The position numbers were made by a program, and so were the translations under genes. The notes beneath the pieces are model-generated. The model did not search any database. It saw only the letters and a program-made list of their open reading frames with translations, and was not told the DNA's origin. A stretch of 64,000 nucleotides of DNA from Chrysomallon squamiferum (lineage: Eukaryota; Animalia; Mollusca). Shown in pieces: positions 60,001 through 64,000 of this stretch (its first letter is position 1; every line of letters starts with the position of its first letter). The stretch covers positions 3,720,001-3,784,000 of the forward strand of contig CM022668.1 in NCBI GenBank assembly GCA_012295275.1. The letters are read 5' to 3'.

Positions 60001-61069
60001 TTAATGTTAATTCTTTTTTACATTTTTGTTTTAAACCCTTTCTAGTATTATATTATCACATTCTGAAAATCAAACAAGTTAAATAAACAGATAATGAAAA
60101 TCTTTCTCAGTATGCACTTGAATTTTAAAGATAAATAAATATTAAGTGTCCATGCAATTAATACTTATTAAGAGTTTTTCAATACACATACTGTACTTAT
60201 ATCAGACACAGATAGTAAGCACTTGAGTTTTAAAGATAAATAAGTATTCCATGTCTATGAAGTTAATACTTACTAAGAGTTATTCAGTATACATACTGTA
60301 CTTGTATCTCACACATGTATACTGTGTTAACACTTACGCAGTTTGTCTGGGTATCTGGTTGAGAGACTCCTGAGCTTGAAGTTTCTTGTTGCTACGAAGC
60401 AGACAAGGAGAGAAGATGATGGCCAAACCGTTTACTGTCATCTTGTTACTTTGTTCATGCATGGCCACTCTACAAACAGGAATTATACATTGCTATGTAG
60501 AACATAGATTACATAGTCTTTTATTCACTGGGTCTCTGAAATATCTTTGTTAAATATGTCTTTAAAATATCTGACACAAATTCCTGAATAAAAACAGTAT
60601 GAAAAAAAAAAAAAAAAAACTTCAATGAATATTACAAGGTATTTTTAAATATTTACTTTAGCAAAATAAGTCATATGATTTTTCTACATAAATGTATATA
60701 TGTGCATCAGTGTGTTTGCAAGTGTGTGCATTTGTTACAGAAAGTGAATGAAGGGGAGAGACAATAATACAGAAAGAACAATAGAGAAGAAAATGTAAAT
60801 GAGAGAAAGGCACCCCCACACACAGAAACAACACACTCGCAATTTACCTAGCTAAATGGAAGATGAGTCTTTCAAACAAATCATAGTTGATTTTTGGCAG
60901 TCTCTCTATCGTAGCAAACAGTGACTGAACCTTTTCTTTCTGGTCCTGTATCTCTGTAACAAAACAAAATCATTTACACTCCTGTAATACAGCTGTACAC
61001 TTCTGATATCTAGGCTTTAGTTTTTATTATTATTATTATTATTACTGTTATTATTATTATTTTTGTTGT

Positions 61070-61114
<45 letters not shown>

Positions 61115-63623
61115 TTTTCTTCTTCTTCTTCTTCTTTAAATGTCTCACAACAAAAACAAGCGTTGTTTTTGAACCAGGCTATCAAAAATCAATTAGTCAA
61201 AATAAACAATTTATAGAATGATAAATGTTAAATTTCAAATTTACCTGAGGCTCGTAGAAAATCATCATAGAGGTCAAAGGTGAGGAGAGGTTCTGGAAGT
61301 TCTCTGAAGTAACATTTTAATGTTGATGTGAGAACATGAATGGGAAACTCTTCAAAATCCACTGTGTGGATGTCTGATCAAACAAAGATTAAAATACAAT
61401 ACAAAAAGGCTAAGATAACAGAATTCTTTCAAACCAAAACAACAACATCCAAAAAAGACAAAACCAAAAAAACTAAAATAAAAGGAAACAAAAAAACAAA
61501 AACAAAAAACAAAAAAAAAATATATATATATATATATGTAAAATATTATTTACAGTCAGAATGGAAAAGATTAAACAATGAAAACAACAACAAGCAAAAA
61601 AAAACATAATAATAATAATAATAAATAAATAAATAAATAAAATTAAAATATGACATTTGTCTATGATTATATTTTAAACTGGCAGTTTTCTCACCTTTCT
61701 CTACCAGCTCTTTCAAATGTCTGACTTTAGGAGCAGAGCCAGACTTCCTGTACAGCCCCTCTGTGTACATCCCATGTAGTTCTATAGCAGCTACAAGCCT
61801 CTCTGCCACCTCAGGAACTTTGTACCGCTCGTTGATCTGCGACTGTAAGGGCGCTCCAAACACATGGAATGGTCCTCCACTCTGAAACACAACTGCCATC
61901 TAGCACTTGACTTGTATTTAATCTCAAAAACATAGCATTATTTAACAATATTCTGTTTTTAAATGTCACTGGTAAAATCATACAGTAAGCGTAACCAACA
62001 GAAAACAAACTGTCAGAAGTGATTTGTAATTCTAGAAAACAATTTGTGTAAATAGTGGATTTCATTTCCATAAAATAAAACATTTGTAAATTGTAATTTC
62101 AGAAAACAAAACATTTGCATATTGTAATCTTAGAAAATAAAAAAGTTGTAGATTGTAATTCCAAAAAAAAATATTTGTACTGTAATTTTAAAAATTAAAA
62201 TCACTGTCTGCAGTGTACAGTAATTCTGGACTAATACATGTAGCAGACTGTAATTCTAGAAAACATTTTTTAAAAATGTTAATATATATATATATATATA
62301 TATAAAAAAATACTGGAACTGGTTGTTACAGAAGTGAGAAAAAGAAAGTGATGAGATTTCAAGACAAACCTGATTATCTGGAATTCCCTTACACACCGCG
62401 GTAGACTTGGAACAGCATTTCTTATGACATGTGTATTTACAAACTGAAAATAAATTATTTTTGTCACAAAATAAAAACTATTATTCCTTTATGTGAAATT
62501 TGTCACTTACTGTATTGTTAAAATAGACATTAATTATAACTTTCATAATATATTATTCAGATTCCATAAAAAAATTAAATGTATTTTTTCCTAAATCATT
62601 TAAAAAACCACGAAAACAAATCAAACAGTTTATTAACATGCTTTATTTTTATTGTTTTTTGTTGTTGTTGTTGTTGTTATAATATTATTACTACTATTAT
62701 TATTATTATTATTTCAAACAGCTACACAAGCTAAGCAATGGCATGAAATGATGTACTGACCTTGACATACTTGACCTTTCTCCATGATCCAGATGATATT
62801 TGAGCAGTACTCACAGAATGTAGGAATATTAAACTGAACTTGGAAAAATTTGTGACCTAAATGTTCCTGCAAGTAAAAATTCATATATCACATTTTAAAA
62901 CTGATTTTTTGATTTTCAGTATAAAAATCCAGTAACAGATTAAAACTATTTTATTTTTTAGTCACTTGGAATGATCTCAGAACTGTTTAGGAACAAACCT
63001 GATTATTACTACTACTATTATTATTATTATTATTACTACTAATACTACTACTATTATTAGTATTAATTTTTACTTACTATTATGGCATCTTTTTTGTGTT
63101 TGTCTCTCTTCACTGGTTTATTTTCTACTTTTTTAAATTTCTTTCTCACTTCAGGAGTTTTCATAAACTCATCAAGGAATCCACGGAAAGCATTGATTCC
63201 CAGAGTTATTGGAAGCACAGCATTCGTTCTCTCACCTTTGACCTCCGCTGACATGATCTGCTCGAAGTTTGCCAGCAGGTCACGGTACCGAACACAAACT
63301 GTCTCTTTCTGAAAAACAAAGCCAATAATCCAGTTAGAAATACCACAATCAGGCCATTTAATTTTAAAAGTTTATATAATCCCTTTTTTTTCTCAAGAAA
63401 CAACAATAAAACTTTCAACACTTTTAAAGTATATAAAATATATTTAAGGTGTCTTTGTACACAACAAGTACACCTTGCTTTAAGTCTAGCACTGAGGAGT
63501 TACCTGCATCTCTACAGCTATGGAAGACTTGAGTTCCTTGCGGAAAGATTCTATTGAGCTACGGAAAATTGTTTCAAAAACTGTCGATCTCTTTCCTTCA
63601 TCTTTCCCATACAGTTCCTCTTG
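52429..63623 (-). CDS. MYO9: Unconventional myosin IX, 3' portion (C1 zinc finger, RhoGAP, coiled coil, tail); 5' end lies beyond the window
   Basis: Twelve phase-compatible GT-AG exons: 63504-63623, 63078-63308, 62761-62866, 62370-62443, 61695-61881, 61245-61373, 60848-60953, 60338-60469, 59717-59852, 58754-58884, 57911-58062, 52429-52712 (1788 nt, 595 aa). Myo9-type motifs VRYRDLLANFEQI, NAFRGFLDEFM, C1 domain HKF..CEYC..CQVC..HKKC..C, EGLYRKSG arginine finger, YFRELPEPL, NKM..LAIIFSPCLLR and LPVLEPRHASSDEE. The motor domain is not visible, so the identity rests on tail architecture. Confidence 0.9.
57911..58062 (-). CDS. MYO9: MYO9 penultimate exon
   Basis: DKLTSELPVLEPRHASSDEELLTGDECESSFDPAEDYDQNEEYASTFDLP. 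Confidence 0.87.
58242..58791. repeat. 40-bp minisatellite spanning a MYO9 exon/intron junction
   Basis: Unit TGWTAAAACTCACCTTTCTTTATGTATTGAAGCAATGTGC; 12 regular units from 58301 to 58780 plus degenerate copies to the left. Confidence 0.95.
58754..58884 (-). CDS. MYO9: MYO9 exon flanked by two minisatellites
   Basis: IQPGSVNVPSTPVPVKEVENEEDTDLMEEERVLSAHIASIHKER; TTTCAG acceptor, AG|GTGAGT donor. Confidence 0.87.
58905..59410. repeat. ~32-bp minisatellite in a MYO9 intron
   Basis: Unit ACTTACAATTTCAGTTCATACACAGTATCAAT, about 16 copies with shorter variants. Confidence 0.95.
59717..59852 (-). CDS. MYO9: MYO9 exon, end of RhoGAP and following helix
   Basis: CIECILNEQLEKIKSTLADINTLESAEKTASARLSFVRASIRGSK. 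Confidence 0.9.
60110..60315. repeat. ~105-bp diverged tandem duplication next to a MYO9 donor
   Basis: GCACTTGARTTTTAAAGATAAATAA...TTAATACTTA..AAGAGTT...CATACTGTACTT occurs twice. Confidence 0.75.
60338..60469 (-). CDS. MYO9: MYO9 exon, RhoGAP
   Basis: VAMHEQSNKMTVNGLAIIFSPCLLRSNKKLQAQESLNQIPRQTA. Confidence 0.9.
60848..60953 (-). CDS. MYO9: MYO9 exon, RhoGAP
   Basis: EIQDQKEKVQSLFATIERLPKINYDLFERLIFHLAR. Confidence 0.9.
61245..61373 (-). CDS. MYO9: MYO9 exon, RhoGAP
   Basis: DIHTVDFEEFPIHVLTSTLKCYFRELPEPLLTFDLYDDFLRAS. Confidence 0.9.
61695..61881 (-). CDS. MYO9: MYO9 exon, RhoGAP start with arginine finger
   Basis: SGGPFHVFGAPL...EGLYRKSG...LVEK; TTTCAG acceptor, GTGAGA donor. Confidence 0.9.
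62370..62443 (-). CDS. MYO9: MYO9 exon, C1 domain second half
   Basis: VCKYTCHKKCCSKSTAVCKGIPDNQ; TTTCAG acceptor, GTTTGT donor. Confidence 0.88.
62761..62866 (-). CDS. MYO9: MYO9 exon, C1 domain first half
   Basis: EHLGHKFFQVQFNIPTFCEYCSNIIWIMEKGQVCQ; TTGCAG acceptor, GTCAGT donor. Confidence 0.9.
63078..63308 (-). CDS. MYO9: MYO9 exon (KETVCVRYRDLL...KDAII)
   Basis: TTTCAG acceptor, GTAAGT donor, 231 nt. Confidence 0.88.
63504..63623 (-). CDS. MYO9: MYO9 exon (QEELYGKDEGKR...AVEMQ)
   Basis: TTCCAG acceptor, GTAACT donor, 120 nt. Confidence 0.82.
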
Positions 63624-64000
63624 CTGGAAAAACCATGTAAGTGATAAAAATGTGTAAATCATACAAAGAATGCACATACTAGAATGCACAAAAAACACAT
63701 AATATATCTCCATATATTTATGAAGTAAATAAGATTATTTCATGTTTCTCTGATAAAAATAAAACATATGTATACAAGTTATTCACATAAACTAATTTCC
63801 TTGAGCTAAAATGACACAGTTTTCTAAGAAAGCTAGATGTGAATTTGTAATGGAAAATATTATAAAAATCAGCCAGTGTGACTGACTGCAGCTTCAAGGT
63901 GAGAAACTCATCAGCAGTGAAAGAAAATTTAGTTTTAGACTACACATCAGACAACTCACTTTCAGGCTGTTATTACTGACAGTTACATAATTTATTACTG

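Overview
AT-rich, microsatellite- and minisatellite-dense eukaryotic (animal) DNA, most likely a mollusc or other lophotrochozoan; the taxon is an inference. Almost all ORFs in the supplied track are simple-repeat artefacts. Real content, assembled by hand from GT-AG junctions and reading frame: (1) Two complete 6-exon paralogous Cys-loop/nicotinic acetylcholine receptor subunit genes, head-to-head about 10 kb apart (minus 15351-24512, 491 aa; plus 34542-39434, 504 aa). Both keep the ACh aromatic box but have Ile-Ser in place of the loop C vicinal Cys-Cys. They share a perfectly identical 78-nt M1 tract (apparent gene conversion) interrupted by divergent codons at pore positions -3'/-2' and 8'. 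(2) An internally deleted Mutator-like transposon relic 8 bp past the stop codon of the first receptor. (3) A frameshifted, intron-containing two-domain pseudogene at about 44.7-46.6 kb resembling coral SAARP/acidic skeletal organic matrix proteins. (4) The last 12 exons (C1 + RhoGAP tail) of a myosin IX gene on the minus strand (52429-63623), in a CpG-depleted domain; one of its exons has its 5' splice site amplified into a 40-bp minisatellite. Several short displaced copies of receptor intron sequence and many tandem repeats are also present. No rRNA, tRNA or CRISPR array was seen.
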